The position numbers and the translations under genes are program-made. Shown piece by piece: positions 27,581 to 37,066 of a stretch of 64,000 nt of DNA; the first letter of the stretch is position 1, and each line of letters starts with the position of its first letter. The notes beneath the pieces are model-generated. The model was not told the origin of the DNA. It did not search any database and was given only the letters and a program-made list of their open reading frames with translations. Origin of the DNA: an uncultured Alphaproteobacteria bacterium (GTDB taxonomy: Bacteria; Pseudomonadota; Alphaproteobacteria; Micavibrionales; UBA1664); assembly GCA_943789475.1 (NCBI GenBank), contig CALSUG010000008.1, positions 110,431 through 174,430 on the forward strand, written 5' to 3'.

Positions 27581-28864
27581 CTAAAAGTTAGTCTTTAGTC
27601 TAATCATTGCTCGTGTTTCGTCGTAATCACCGTTTGCACGATCAGATTCACGATCAATATAACGAATATCACCGCCAATCGCGAACGTCTTATTCATGCG
27701 ATAATCAAATCCAATGTTTCCTGATAAGGAAGTATCCGTTAAATCGTTTGAAAATTTCGTGTGTATATAATCTAACCCTGCGTTCAATACCCATTGGCGT
27801 GTTAGTTCATGTACAATTTTTCCACTTAATTGTGTTTCAAGTGCCATAGAGCTGGCTCCATTATTGCCAGCGAAGAAACGATTAATGTTAAATGTAAAAT
27901 TTGTTAAAGGAGAGTACAAATATGATAGGTCGATATTAACAACCATATCATCTTGTGTTTCAAGGCGATCATCATCAGGGCGATCAGATCCATAACCGAT
28001 ACTTGCGACCCCTCTTAGTTTTCCAGTGGGTTTAATATCAATACCGGCAATGACGTTATAATTAACACTGTCTTTTTTTGTGCCAGTATAATCACCTGTC
28101 CCGGTATCAAATCCATTTCGTTCATAAGATGACTTTGCAATGTTCAATCCTAAAAAAGGTACAAGACGTTGTTTGTATTTATCACCAAATCGTTCATAGG
28201 ATACCTTCACACCACCGGAATAAACGGAATGATCTCGATCATCTTGAACAGAGATAGCATTCGTTGAAACTAACTTCGTGTTGCGATAACTAATATCATT
28301 GTATCCTGCAGTGAATGCCCATTGTGTGTGTGCGGGACGTAAAATAAGTGTTGTTAAAAATCCATGTTCGTCAACTTGAATGGGTTCAAAAACATCTTGT
28401 TCCACGGGGTTTTCAAATCGTGTTTCATGGATTCGATCTTTTGTTAGTTGAAATTTTAAAGACGATGTGGATGACAAATCATAATCAAGATTTATCTCAC
28501 CGCGAAAATTTGTTCGATCTAAATCAGAAATGTCTTGATATTTAATTTGTTCGACGTTTCCATCAATAGAAATATTACTACGTCCGAAATTAGCAGATGC
28601 TGTCATACCAGCCACAGCAGTTAGTATTTTGTCGCTTTGTTCGTTGCTGGATGCTTGTAGGGCATTTGACGTGTACGATATAGATGTGTCCAGTGATGGT
28701 TGTACGTGAAACAGGCCCAATCGAAATCCGGTGGGCGAAAAATCAGAAAAACGACGATCTAATACTGGAATATTTCCCATGGGATCGCTCGCTATTAAGT
28801 TTTTAACCTCATAGCAGGTGACGAGTCCGAAAACTCCGAATATGCCCCATAATAATTTTTTCAT
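27581..28864 (-). CDS. outer-membrane beta-barrel protein (OmpL/BBP2-like, polysaccharide-cluster associated)
   Basis: 427 aa with a signal peptide. It shows an alternating beta-strand pattern with many aromatic-x-aromatic ends and a C-terminal ...IRLKTNF (terminal Phe). Confidence 0.6.
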   Translation of the reverse strand: MKKLLWGIFGVFGLVTCYEVKNLIASDPMGNIPVLDRRFSDFSPTGFRLGLFHVQPSLDTSISYTSNALQASSNEQSDKILTAVAGMTASANFGRSNISIDGNVEQIKYQDISDLDRTNFRGEINLDYDLSSTSSLKFQLTKDRIHETRFENPVEQDVFEPIQVDEHGFLTTLILRPAHTQWAFTAGYNDISYRNTKLVSTNAISVQDDRDHSVYSGGVKVSYERFGDKYKQRLVPFLGLNIAKSSYERNGFDTGTGDYTGTKKDSVNYNVIAGIDIKPTGKLRGVASIGYGSDRPDDDRLETQDDMVVNIDLSYLYSPLTNFTFNINRFFAGNNGASSMALETQLSGKIVHELTRQWVLNAGLDYIHTKFSNDLTDTSLSGNIGFDYRMNKTFAIGGDIRYIDRESDRANGDYDETRAMIRLKTNF

Positions 28865-28937
28865 GCACTAAATACCGTGGGCGGAAGTGCCCTGATAGAT
28901 AAGAGCATAAACGATTCACTAAAAAATAAGGAAGTGA

Positions 28938-29753
28938 TTATTCAAATTCTTGAGAAAACGTAATTTCTCCAGTTGGAATCGCCATCATTTGAACTTGAAT
29001 CACGGCTTTTACATCACTTGTTGAAATGAGCTCTGCATATTCGGCCATTGAATCCGCAAACCGTTTAATAGCCATTTTCGGTTCTTCAGCGTTGGCAGGA
29101 CGCATAAGCATAAGGCAAATTTCGTGCTGGGCAGTACGCCCAGCAATATCACTTAGGCGACGAATTCTCATTGTGTATTTTTTGAGGTTGTCGCAAATTT
29201 CTGTGGCTTTATTTTCGCCGTGAGTATTACGAATATCATCAATATTTTTAATTGATGCAAAGGTTAAATATGTTTCCTCACCATAGCGATCTGCACGATC
29301 AAGAGATGAAATGAAAATTTGGTTGAATGCAGATTTAGAAATCAACCCCTCACGACTTGGAAAATCTTCATTTTCATCGGATAAACGTTTGTTTAAATCA
29401 GATAGGCGTTTTAAATTTCCAAGTCTGTCTTGGAAAGTTTCAGGATCAAAAGGTTTCTTTAATCCGTCGTTTGCCCCCATGGAAAGAATATCTTCTTTAG
29501 GCATAAGGTGAGACATAACGGTTAAGGGGGTGTAGTGAGGATTACCACGCCGTACACCGATCATGAAGGCACGAAGTTCGTTATTTTGAGGTGCCGGATC
29601 AAATAGAACGGCGTCATAGGGGGTGGATCTTAATATTTCTAACGCTGTATTTTTAATGGGCTCTATAACCAATTCTACATCGTCAATTTCGCGACAAAGT
29701 GTTTCTATTTGTTCAACACATTCTCTATCGCGATCAATTACCATTACCTTCAT
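28938..29753 (-). CDS. response regulator with receiver domain and a degenerate GGDEF-like output domain
   Basis: 271 aa. The receiver is VMVIDRD...DAVLFDPAP...GLKKPF. The C-terminal half aligns to GGDEF topology, but the active-site GGDEF is replaced (IAGRTAQHEICLML) and the metal-binding DxD is absent (FASIKNID). Confidence 0.6.
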   Translation of the reverse strand: MKVMVIDRDRECVEQIETLCREIDDVELVIEPIKNTALEILRSTPYDAVLFDPAPQNNELRAFMIGVRRGNPHYTPLTVMSHLMPKEDILSMGANDGLKKPFDPETFQDRLGNLKRLSDLNKRLSDENEDFPSREGLISKSAFNQIFISSLDRADRYGEETYLTFASIKNIDDIRNTHGENKATEICDNLKKYTMRIRRLSDIAGRTAQHEICLMLMRPANAEEPKMAIKRFADSMAEYAELISTSDVKAVIQVQMMAIPTGEITFSQEFE

Positions 29754-29854
29754 AGTATAACTTTCTCTATATTCACTCTCAAGAATACAAGAGCCATCGC
29801 CTCATGACAATAATGAATAGTGACAAAAACACTAAGGTCATATAACTTACCACC

Positions 29855-30472
29855 ATGACGATATATTTACACAAACATGACCTTCCCGATAACATTAACT
29901 TTGATGATACCGTTGCCGTTGATACCGAAACACAAGGGTTAAACCCTCACCGTGATCGATTATGTGTGGTTCAGTTATCTTCTGGTGACGGTAATGCCCA
30001 TTTGGTGCAGTTAACCGCAAATGATTATGATGGTGCTACGAATCTTAAAGCGTTGATGACAAATCCTGATGTAACAAAAATTTTCCATTTTGCGCGATTT
30101 GATGTTGCTATTATGAAGAAATATTTGGGGATAGACATTACACCTATTTTTTGTACGAAGATTGCTTCAAAACTAGTGCGTACATACACAGACCGCCACG
30201 GATTGAAAGACCTTACACGTGAACTTTTGAATATTGATATGGATAAACGCCAACAATCATCTGATTGGGCTGCGGTTGAACTGTCACAGGCACAACAAGA
30301 ATATGCCGCAAGTGATGTTTATAATTTACATGCGATGAAGGATAGATTAACAGAAATGTTAATACGTGAGGATCGTATGGATGTTGCACAACGATGCTTT
30401 GATTTCCTTCCCACGCGCGCTGATTTAGATTTGATGGGGTGGAGTGATAACGATATTTTCGCTCATAAATAA
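29855..30472 (+). CDS. rnd: 3'-5' exonuclease, short RNase D-like protein
   Basis: 205 aa with the DEDD exonuclease motifs VAVDTETQGL, HFARFDV and YAASDVYNL. Confidence 0.8.
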   Translation: MTIYLHKHDLPDNINFDDTVAVDTETQGLNPHRDRLCVVQLSSGDGNAHLVQLTANDYDGATNLKALMTNPDVTKIFHFARFDVAIMKKYLGIDITPIFCTKIASKLVRTYTDRHGLKDLTRELLNIDMDKRQQSSDWAAVELSQAQQEYAASDVYNLHAMKDRLTEMLIREDRMDVAQRCFDFLPTRADLDLMGWSDNDIFAHK

Positions 30473-30487
30473 AAATAGAGATTAAAA

Positions 30488-31471
30488 ATGACACAAGTAA
30501 ACGATATCAAAGTTGCCCAAGACACGCTGAAGGTTGAAATCGATGGTCTGACACAAATGATTGATACAATCGATAGCTCCTTTGAAGAGGCTGTAAAAAT
30601 TATTCAGGCGATGAAAGATGATGGGAAAGGTCGTTTGATTATTACGGGTATGGGAAAATCAGGCCACATTGGTCAAAAAATGGCGGCAACGTTTGCGTCA
30701 ACGGGCACACCGTCTTATTTTGTACACCCAGGTGAGGCTAGCCATGGTGATTTAGGAATGATCACAAATAACGATGTCGTTATTGCGATTTCGAATTCAG
30801 GCGGCGCGCCAGAATTGTCAGACATCGTTTCCTATACAAGGCGTTTTTCAATTCCTTTGATTGCGATTACATCCAAGGCAGATTCCGCGTTGGGTAAACA
30901 TGCTGATATTAATTTACTTTTGCCACAGGCAAAGGAGGCTTGCCCAAATGGTCTTGCTCCAACAACGTCAACAACAATGACTATTGCGATGGGTGATTGT
31001 TTGGCTATGGCATTATTGGCACGGATGGGTTTGACGTCGGATGATTTCAAAAAATGGCATCCTGGTGGAAAGTTAGGACAAAAACTATTACCCATTTCGG
31101 AATTGATGGACAAACATAATGAAATTCCATTCGTTCAACCAGCAGATACAATGGACCAGGTCATTATTGCATTAACCGAGAAAAATTTAGGATGTGTTGT
31201 TGTGTCGAATGACAAAAAAACGGCTTCTGGTTTAATTACGGATGGTGATTTGAAACGTCATATGGGAGCCGATTTTCTGACACGTGAGGCGCAAATTGTT
31301 ATGACGCAAAATCCAAAGACAATTCATCAGGACACATTGGCAGGTGTTGCCATTGATATTATGTTGCATAAATACAAATCACCAATTACATCCTTGTTAG
31401 TCGTCGATGATGCAGATCAGTTGGTCGGTATGTTACGTTTGCAAACTTTACTGACAGCTGGGGTTGCATAA
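30488..31471 (+). CDS. kdsD: arabinose-5-phosphate isomerase (KdsD/KpsF; SIS + tandem CBS)
   Basis: 327 aa. GRLIITGMGKSGHIGQKMAATFASTG, VIAISNSG, then two CBS repeats. Confidence 0.9.
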   Translation: MTQVNDIKVAQDTLKVEIDGLTQMIDTIDSSFEEAVKIIQAMKDDGKGRLIITGMGKSGHIGQKMAATFASTGTPSYFVHPGEASHGDLGMITNNDVVIAISNSGGAPELSDIVSYTRRFSIPLIAITSKADSALGKHADINLLLPQAKEACPNGLAPTTSTTMTIAMGDCLAMALLARMGLTSDDFKKWHPGGKLGQKLLPISELMDKHNEIPFVQPADTMDQVIIALTEKNLGCVVVSNDKKTASGLITDGDLKRHMGADFLTREAQIVMTQNPKTIHQDTLAGVAIDIMLHKYKSPITSLLVVDDADQLVGMLRLQTLLTAGVA

Positions 31472-32105
31472 AACGATGTCTAGCAATCGCCTGCAAGATA
31501 TTGAAAACACATCCGTTGTAAACAATGTGCAACCGTATTCTAACTTTGTACGTGGTGTACGTCTGATTTTTCCCATTGGTATCCTGAGTATTATAGGCGT
31601 TCTTATTTTGTGGCCGACCTTGCAGAAAATTCATACAGAACCGTTAACAAAACAAGATTTAACGGCGTTACGCCAAGCGGAAACGCAAAATAGATTGTTG
31701 CAACCTACATTTAATACACAAGATTCAAAAGGGCGTTTGGTCAAGATTCAGGCAAAAGAGGCTATCCAAAACAAGACATCAGGGCATTTGGTACATCTAA
31801 AAACATTGAACGCGCAAATGGATGAAGGTAAAGACGCAGTTCAATTTGAAGCTAACGAAGGTATTTACGATCAAGATAAAAAAATAATAACGCTACAAGA
31901 CAACGTTGTTATTCATGGTGTGGATGACACAATTTTGACAACGCAAGAGTTGACTGCCAATATCCATACAGGTGTTGCGACAAGCACATCACCTGCAACA
32001 TTGGAAACACAACAAGGCACGATACAGGGGCAATCGGTTACAATCGATCAAAATGCACAAACAACAACCTTTCAAGGACCAGCGAAAGCTGTTATTAATC
32101 CATAA
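31464..32105 (+). CDS. lptC: LPS export system protein LptC
   Basis: 213 aa with a single N-terminal TM followed by a beta-jellyroll-like region. It sits between kdsD and lptA as in the canonical operon. Confidence 0.7.
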   Translation: MHKTMSSNRLQDIENTSVVNNVQPYSNFVRGVRLIFPIGILSIIGVLILWPTLQKIHTEPLTKQDLTALRQAETQNRLLQPTFNTQDSKGRLVKIQAKEAIQNKTSGHLVHLKTLNAQMDEGKDAVQFEANEGIYDQDKKIITLQDNVVIHGVDDTILTTQELTANIHTGVATSTSPATLETQQGTIQGQSVTIDQNAQTTTFQGPAKAVINP

Positions 32106-32112
32106 ATACGTT

Positions 32113-32688
32113 ATGAATTTTATTTTTTGTCTTATTATTTGTCTTTTTACGCCTTTCATTGGAATGGCGAATGATACCCCGATTGAGGTAAGCGCCGATA
32201 ATGAACTGATTTGGAATCGTTCTAACAACACATTTGTTGCAAAAGGAAATGCAGTTATTTTACAAGGTGAAGATACGATAAAAGCAGATGTTATCACTGC
32301 CAATTATAAAGATGATAATGGTAAAACTGTTATTGAGTCGATTGTTGCGACACCGGATGCAACCCTGTCTCAACAAGGTCAAATCTTAACAGCAAAACAA
32401 ATAAATGCGACTTTCAATAAAGGTGTTTTGGATGCGGTTACTGCGAAAAGTGACGTGGTCTTAACAACAAAAAATGAAACGTTAAAGGGTGACAAGGCCA
32501 TTTATAATGCCGTTGAAAAAACAATTATTCTGACCGGTGATGTGCGCATTGAGCAAGGTAAAAATATTCTTACTGGTTCTCGTGCTGAATTTGATTTGAA
32601 AACGAACATAAGTACATTAACGGCATCACCATCCCAAAATGGTGAACGTGTTAAAGCAACATTTTTTGCAAGTGGCGGTACGGAATGA
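32113..32688 (+). CDS. lptA: LPS transport periplasmic protein LptA (OstA_N)
   Basis: Start set at MNFIFCLIICLF (ATG at 32113), since the upstream part of the track ORF overlaps lptC. Signal peptide present, and PIEVSADNELIWNRSNNTFVAKGNAVI is typical. Confidence 0.8.
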   Translation: MNFIFCLIICLFTPFIGMANDTPIEVSADNELIWNRSNNTFVAKGNAVILQGEDTIKADVITANYKDDNGKTVIESIVATPDATLSQQGQILTAKQINATFNKGVLDAVTAKSDVVLTTKNETLKGDKAIYNAVEKTIILTGDVRIEQGKNILTGSRAEFDLKTNISTLTASPSQNGERVKATFFASGGTE

Positions 32689-33440
32689 CAAAAAAACAAA
32701 ACCATTTGGAAGCAGTGAAATCAGGATTACACGCAACACATATCGCAAAATCGTACAAGAAAAAACCCGTTTTACGTGATGTCAGTATTCATGTGGAACA
32801 GGGGGAATCTGTTGCCTTGCTTGGACCAAATGGAGCAGGTAAAACAAGTTTGTTTTATATTATTACGGGCCTTGTTGAATCGAACGAAGGGCGCATTACG
32901 CTAGATGGACAAGATATCACACCATTGCCGATGTATCGTCGTGCACGCCTTGGTTTAGGGTATTTACCACAGGAGGCATCTATTTTTCGCGGGTTAAATG
33001 TCGAGGATAATATTCGTGCAATTTTACAAACCAGTGATATGGACAAAAGTCGTCAAGAATCCTTGTTAGATGAATTATTGGCTGAATTTTCAATTTCGCA
33101 CTTACGCCGTACACCATCTGTTGCATTATCAGGTGGAGAACGTCGTCGTTTAGAAATTGCACGGGCGCTGGCATCTCGTCCCAAGTTTATTTTGTTGGAC
33201 GAACCCTTGGCCGGAATTGATCCAATCGCTGTGAATGATATTCGCGATTTAATTGCACATCTTAAGGATCGTGGTATCGGTGTTTTAATAACTGATCATA
33301 ATGTTCGTGATACGTTAGAAATTGTGGATCGTGCCTATATCTTGCATGAAGGACACATCCTTACTCAAGGAACCCCTGATGAAATTGTCACTAACGAAGA
33401 TGTAAAACGTGTGTACCTTGGTAAGAATTTTAAGGTTTAA
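32685..33440 (+). CDS. lptB: LPS export ABC transporter ATP-binding protein LptB
   Basis: 251 aa. Walker A GPNGAGKTS, signature LSGGERRRLEIARAL, Walker B FILLDEP. Confidence 0.93.
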   Translation: MTKKQNHLEAVKSGLHATHIAKSYKKKPVLRDVSIHVEQGESVALLGPNGAGKTSLFYIITGLVESNEGRITLDGQDITPLPMYRRARLGLGYLPQEASIFRGLNVEDNIRAILQTSDMDKSRQESLLDELLAEFSISHLRRTPSVALSGGERRRLEIARALASRPKFILLDEPLAGIDPIAVNDIRDLIAHLKDRGIGVLITDHNVRDTLEIVDRAYILHEGHILTQGTPDEIVTNEDVKRVYLGKNFKV

Positions 33441-33469
33441 GCCGTTCAGAGTTGTGATATCCTGTTTTC

Positions 33470-34873
33470 ATGTCGTATGAAATCAAACTTGATCTAAAGC
33501 AATCCCAACAGTTGGTTATGACGCCGCAATTGCGCGATGCCATATCAATGTTACAGATGAATAATTTAGATCTGGCTGAATATCTTGATAAAGAAATGGA
33601 GCATAATCCGTTCTTAGAAAAGGATGAAATACCACAGTCAGAAAACGATGGGTCGGCTGAGAGTGAGAGTAGTGAACTAAGCGAAACGTTTGATGCAGGT
33701 ACATCCGCGGCATCCATTGGATCGGGTGGTGGTTCTGCATTTGATGATCCAGAATATGCTTTGGAAAACCGTGTCGCGGAACAAAAAGATTTACGCGCTC
33801 ACCTGATGGATCAATTGAATGTCACGATTACACAGCCACGGGATAAAATGATTGCGGCACTTTTGATTGATCGTTTGGATGAAAGTGGTTATTTGCGTGA
33901 AACAGTTGAAGAAAGCGCAAAATCGTTGGCATGTTCACCAGATCGTGTTGAGCGATTATTGGTGGATTTACGGCAATTTGATCCCACAGGTATATTTGCC
34001 TATGATTTGCCTGATTGCTTAGGGTTGCAATTGATCGAAAAAAATCGTTTTGACCCCGCGATGCAGGCATTGTTGGACAATCTTGATCTATTAGCCAAAG
34101 GTGAATTAAAAAAATTAGAAAAAATATGTGGTGTCGATGATGAAGATATTCACGATATGATTGGTGAAATTCGTGCACTTAATCCCAAGCCGACATCGGG
34201 ATTTGATTATACAATTGCACAAACAGCGATTGCGGACGCGTTGATGGAACGTCTTCCCAAACATGAAGGTGGGGGGTGGAAAGTGAAATTAAATCACGAA
34301 ACGTTACCTCGTGTTTTAATTAATCAAGAATACGTTGCCATGATTGATGGCCAATCTGGAGCAAAAAAAGATAAAAAATTCTTGGTCGACAAATTACATT
34401 CCGCCAATTGGTTGGTACAGGCGATGGATCAACGTGCGCAAACGATTTTAAAAGTGGCAAGTGAAATTATTGACGCACAAGAGGGATTTTTTTTGTTCGG
34501 GGTTGAATTTTTAAAACCGCTTACTCTTCGTGAAATTGCGGAAGAGGTCGGAGTGCATGAATCAACGGTCAGCCGTATCACTATTGATAAATATATTGGT
34601 ACACCACGTGGATTATTTCCATTGAAATATTTTTTCGGTAGTGGTGTGGGTAGTGGTGATGGCGGAGCTGATATTGCGGCTGAAGCTATTAAGGCTAAAA
34701 TTAAAACATTAATTGATAATGAACCTCTTGAAAAACCATTATCTGATGATGCACTGACGCAAAAATTACAAGAAGATGGTGTTGATATTGCACGCCGTAC
34801 AGTTGCAAAATACCGTGAAGCAATGAAGATTTTATCATCATCAAAACGCAAACGTCAAAATGCGATTAAGTAA
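33470..34873 (+). CDS. rpoN: RNA polymerase sigma-54 factor
   Basis: 467 aa. Region I LKQSQQLVMTPQL, an acidic region II, and the C-terminal HTH with the RpoN box (ARRTVAKYREAM). Confidence 0.93.
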   Translation: MSYEIKLDLKQSQQLVMTPQLRDAISMLQMNNLDLAEYLDKEMEHNPFLEKDEIPQSENDGSAESESSELSETFDAGTSAASIGSGGGSAFDDPEYALENRVAEQKDLRAHLMDQLNVTITQPRDKMIAALLIDRLDESGYLRETVEESAKSLACSPDRVERLLVDLRQFDPTGIFAYDLPDCLGLQLIEKNRFDPAMQALLDNLDLLAKGELKKLEKICGVDDEDIHDMIGEIRALNPKPTSGFDYTIAQTAIADALMERLPKHEGGGWKVKLNHETLPRVLINQEYVAMIDGQSGAKKDKKFLVDKLHSANWLVQAMDQRAQTILKVASEIIDAQEGFFLFGVEFLKPLTLREIAEEVGVHESTVSRITIDKYIGTPRGLFPLKYFFGSGVGSGDGGADIAAEAIKAKIKTLIDNEPLEKPLSDDALTQKLQEDGVDIARRTVAKYREAMKILSSSKRKRQNAIK

Positions 34874-34879
34874 AAATAT

Positions 34880-35536
34880 CTAAAATAAATCTAACATCTG
34901 TTTTGCAATTTCTTCGGTGGTTGGAAGTGTTGCTTGGTCTTCACCAGGGAACGCTTGTGCACGCATCTTTGTTGCGGTTCGACCTGGATTGAAAATTGAA
35001 ACATCTATATTCGTGTTTTCCACCTCATGCGCGTAGGTGTTGGCAATGTTTTCGAGTGCAGATTTTGATGCTGCGTATGCTCCCCAATATGCAGTTGGGT
35101 TTTGTGCCACAGATGATGTTAAAAATACACAACGTGCATTACTTGATTTATTTAATAATGGATGCAATGTACGGATAAGGTGCACGTTGGCAGTGACGTT
35201 AATGGCGAATACCCGATTCCATTCGGTTGGATCGCATTGTGATAATGGTGTTAAATTGCCGAGCATTCCTGCATTGGCAATGAAATTATCTAATCGTCCA
35301 AATTTATCAAACAGCATAGGGCCAAGGACTTCTAATGCTTTTCCATCGGTTAGATCTTGTGGGATGAGGGTGATGTTGTTATTACCGACTTCGTCGGCTA
35401 ATGCTTCTAATCCACCAATGGTTCGCGCCAAGGCGACAACATGATGGCCTGCCTTTACCAATTGAACACATAAGGCATATCCAATTCCACGTGAGGCACC
35501 GGTGACAAGTGTGACAGGTTTATTCATTTGGAACAC
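34880..35536 (-). CDS. short-chain dehydrogenase/reductase (SDR) family oxidoreductase
   Basis: 218 aa with VTGASRGIG and YAASKSAL (YxxxK). Confidence 0.85.
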   Translation of the reverse strand: MFQMNKPVTLVTGASRGIGYALCVQLVKAGHHVVALARTIGGLEALADEVGNNNITLIPQDLTDGKALEVLGPMLFDKFGRLDNFIANAGMLGNLTPLSQCDPTEWNRVFAINVTANVHLIRTLHPLLNKSSNARCVFLTSSVAQNPTAYWGAYAASKSALENIANTYAHEVENTNIDVSIFNPGRTATKMRAQAFPGEDQATLPTTEEIAKQMLDLF

Positions 35537-36275
35537 CTTGGATTAAATCTTTGATTTTATCTTGATTTTGGATAAGAACATCAATGGCCTGACGTTCTAT
35601 ATCGTCGTATCCTGTGCTGGTTTCTTTTTCTGCTTTTTCTTCGTCGGAGCCAGATTGTTCTTCACTTTTATTGTCTTCACCAGTTAAATTTTTTAATGGA
35701 TCTAAGGATTCTTTATCGCCTTCTTCGGCTTCTTTTTCATTCCAAGATTTGGGTAAAAACGTCATTAAAAATTCAGACGTATATTCAACATAGGAAAATG
35801 TATTTGATGATCCAAACCAATCATCTTTGTCTTTATCTTGCATCAAAATGTGGAACGGCATGTAGAGTAAGCCGATTAAAATAAGACCGCGAACGATGCC
35901 AAATACAACACCTAGTGATCGGTCAACAGGGCCCAAACCAACGGCGTGAACAGATTTTGCAATCCAGTGTGAAATTAAAGATAGAGCAACGAGTGTTACA
36001 ACAAATAATCCTGCGTATGAAAGAAAACCTGCGGCGATATCGTATGGAATCATATCCCACATTTTTGCATCTTCGGCGTCTTTTCCAAGATCAGATGTTA
36101 GCCAATTTTCTAAACCAGGGGCAAGTTTTGGTCCTGCGGTCAAGGCGGTAGTGCTGGCGCCAGCGAGACCAACAATAGTGAGCACTTCGCGGACAAATCC
36201 ACGCAAAAAGGCAACAACTGATGAAATGAGTAAGATAACAACGACAACAACGTCTAGTATTAGTGCAAAATCCAT
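35520..36275 (-). CDS. cvpA: CvpA-family membrane protein with an acidic C-terminal tail
   Basis: 251 aa. MDFALILDVVVVVILLISSVVAFLRGFVREV is a CvpA-type N-terminus. Four TM helices and an E/D/K-rich tail. Confidence 0.72.
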   Translation of the reverse strand: MDFALILDVVVVVILLISSVVAFLRGFVREVLTIVGLAGASTTALTAGPKLAPGLENWLTSDLGKDAEDAKMWDMIPYDIAAGFLSYAGLFVVTLVALSLISHWIAKSVHAVGLGPVDRSLGVVFGIVRGLILIGLLYMPFHILMQDKDKDDWFGSSNTFSYVEYTSEFLMTFLPKSWNEKEAEEGDKESLDPLKNLTGEDNKSEEQSGSDEEKAEKETSTGYDDIERQAIDVLIQNQDKIKDLIQGVPNE

Positions 36276-36343
36276 AAGAACTATTGATAATCTATCGTTT
36301 TAAAAAGAACAAGGATGAAATGAAAAGTCGTTTTGTTCAAATG

Positions 36344-37027
36344 TTATGATAGGCACTCTACAAGAAAAAACATACCCGAATCTATACCTTGAAAATCAAT
36401 AGAATGATCTAAACCTTTGGTTTTGTATCCTGTAACAGGGTAATTTAACTTTTTTAACAAAGAGGTCGCTTCATTCCATTCTGCAGAAGGAACAACGACG
36501 TCCCCTGTTCCATGAATAAGATGGATTGGAGTATGTTTATTAACAGATGTTCGGGCGGCATCTTGATCAAGAAGCATTCCCGAATATCCTAATACACCTG
36601 CAAATGGTTCAGGAGATGTTAATGCGATATGTAATGCCATCATACAACCTTGTGAAAAACCACTTAGAACAAGACGGTCACGTTTTACATTATATTCTTG
36701 TGTTACAGCATTGATAAAACCATCGGTCATATCCGTTGTTTCTTGTATTCCCCGTGTCATTGCCTCTTTTGTGTATTCACTTAAAGAAAACCACTGCTTA
36801 CCAAAAGGAGATTCTTCACATTGTATCGGTGAATCTGGAGCAACAAAAACAACATTATTGAGGCGTTCTGTCCACATATCTGCAATAGAGATCAAATCAC
36901 GTCCATCGGCCCCATACCCATGGAATAGAATGATAACGTTATTTGGAGTCACATCGGCATCAGGCTCGATGACATAACAATTTAACTCTCCTATCTTCTT
37001 TTGCTGCATGGCCTTACGGTAACTCAA
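36344..37027 (-). CDS. phospholipase/carboxylesterase-family alpha/beta hydrolase
   Basis: 227 aa. HGYGADG, nucleophile elbow GFSQG, and HGTGDVVVP near the C-terminus. Confidence 0.8.
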   Translation of the reverse strand: MSYRKAMQQKKIGELNCYVIEPDADVTPNNVIILFHGYGADGRDLISIADMWTERLNNVVFVAPDSPIQCEESPFGKQWFSLSEYTKEAMTRGIQETTDMTDGFINAVTQEYNVKRDRLVLSGFSQGCMMALHIALTSPEPFAGVLGYSGMLLDQDAARTSVNKHTPIHLIHGTGDVVVPSAEWNEATSLLKKLNYPVTGYKTKGLDHSIDFQGIDSGMFFLVECLS

Positions 37028-37066
37028 GGCTTTTCACCTGTCAATTCAAAGGGTATAAAGGCATCA

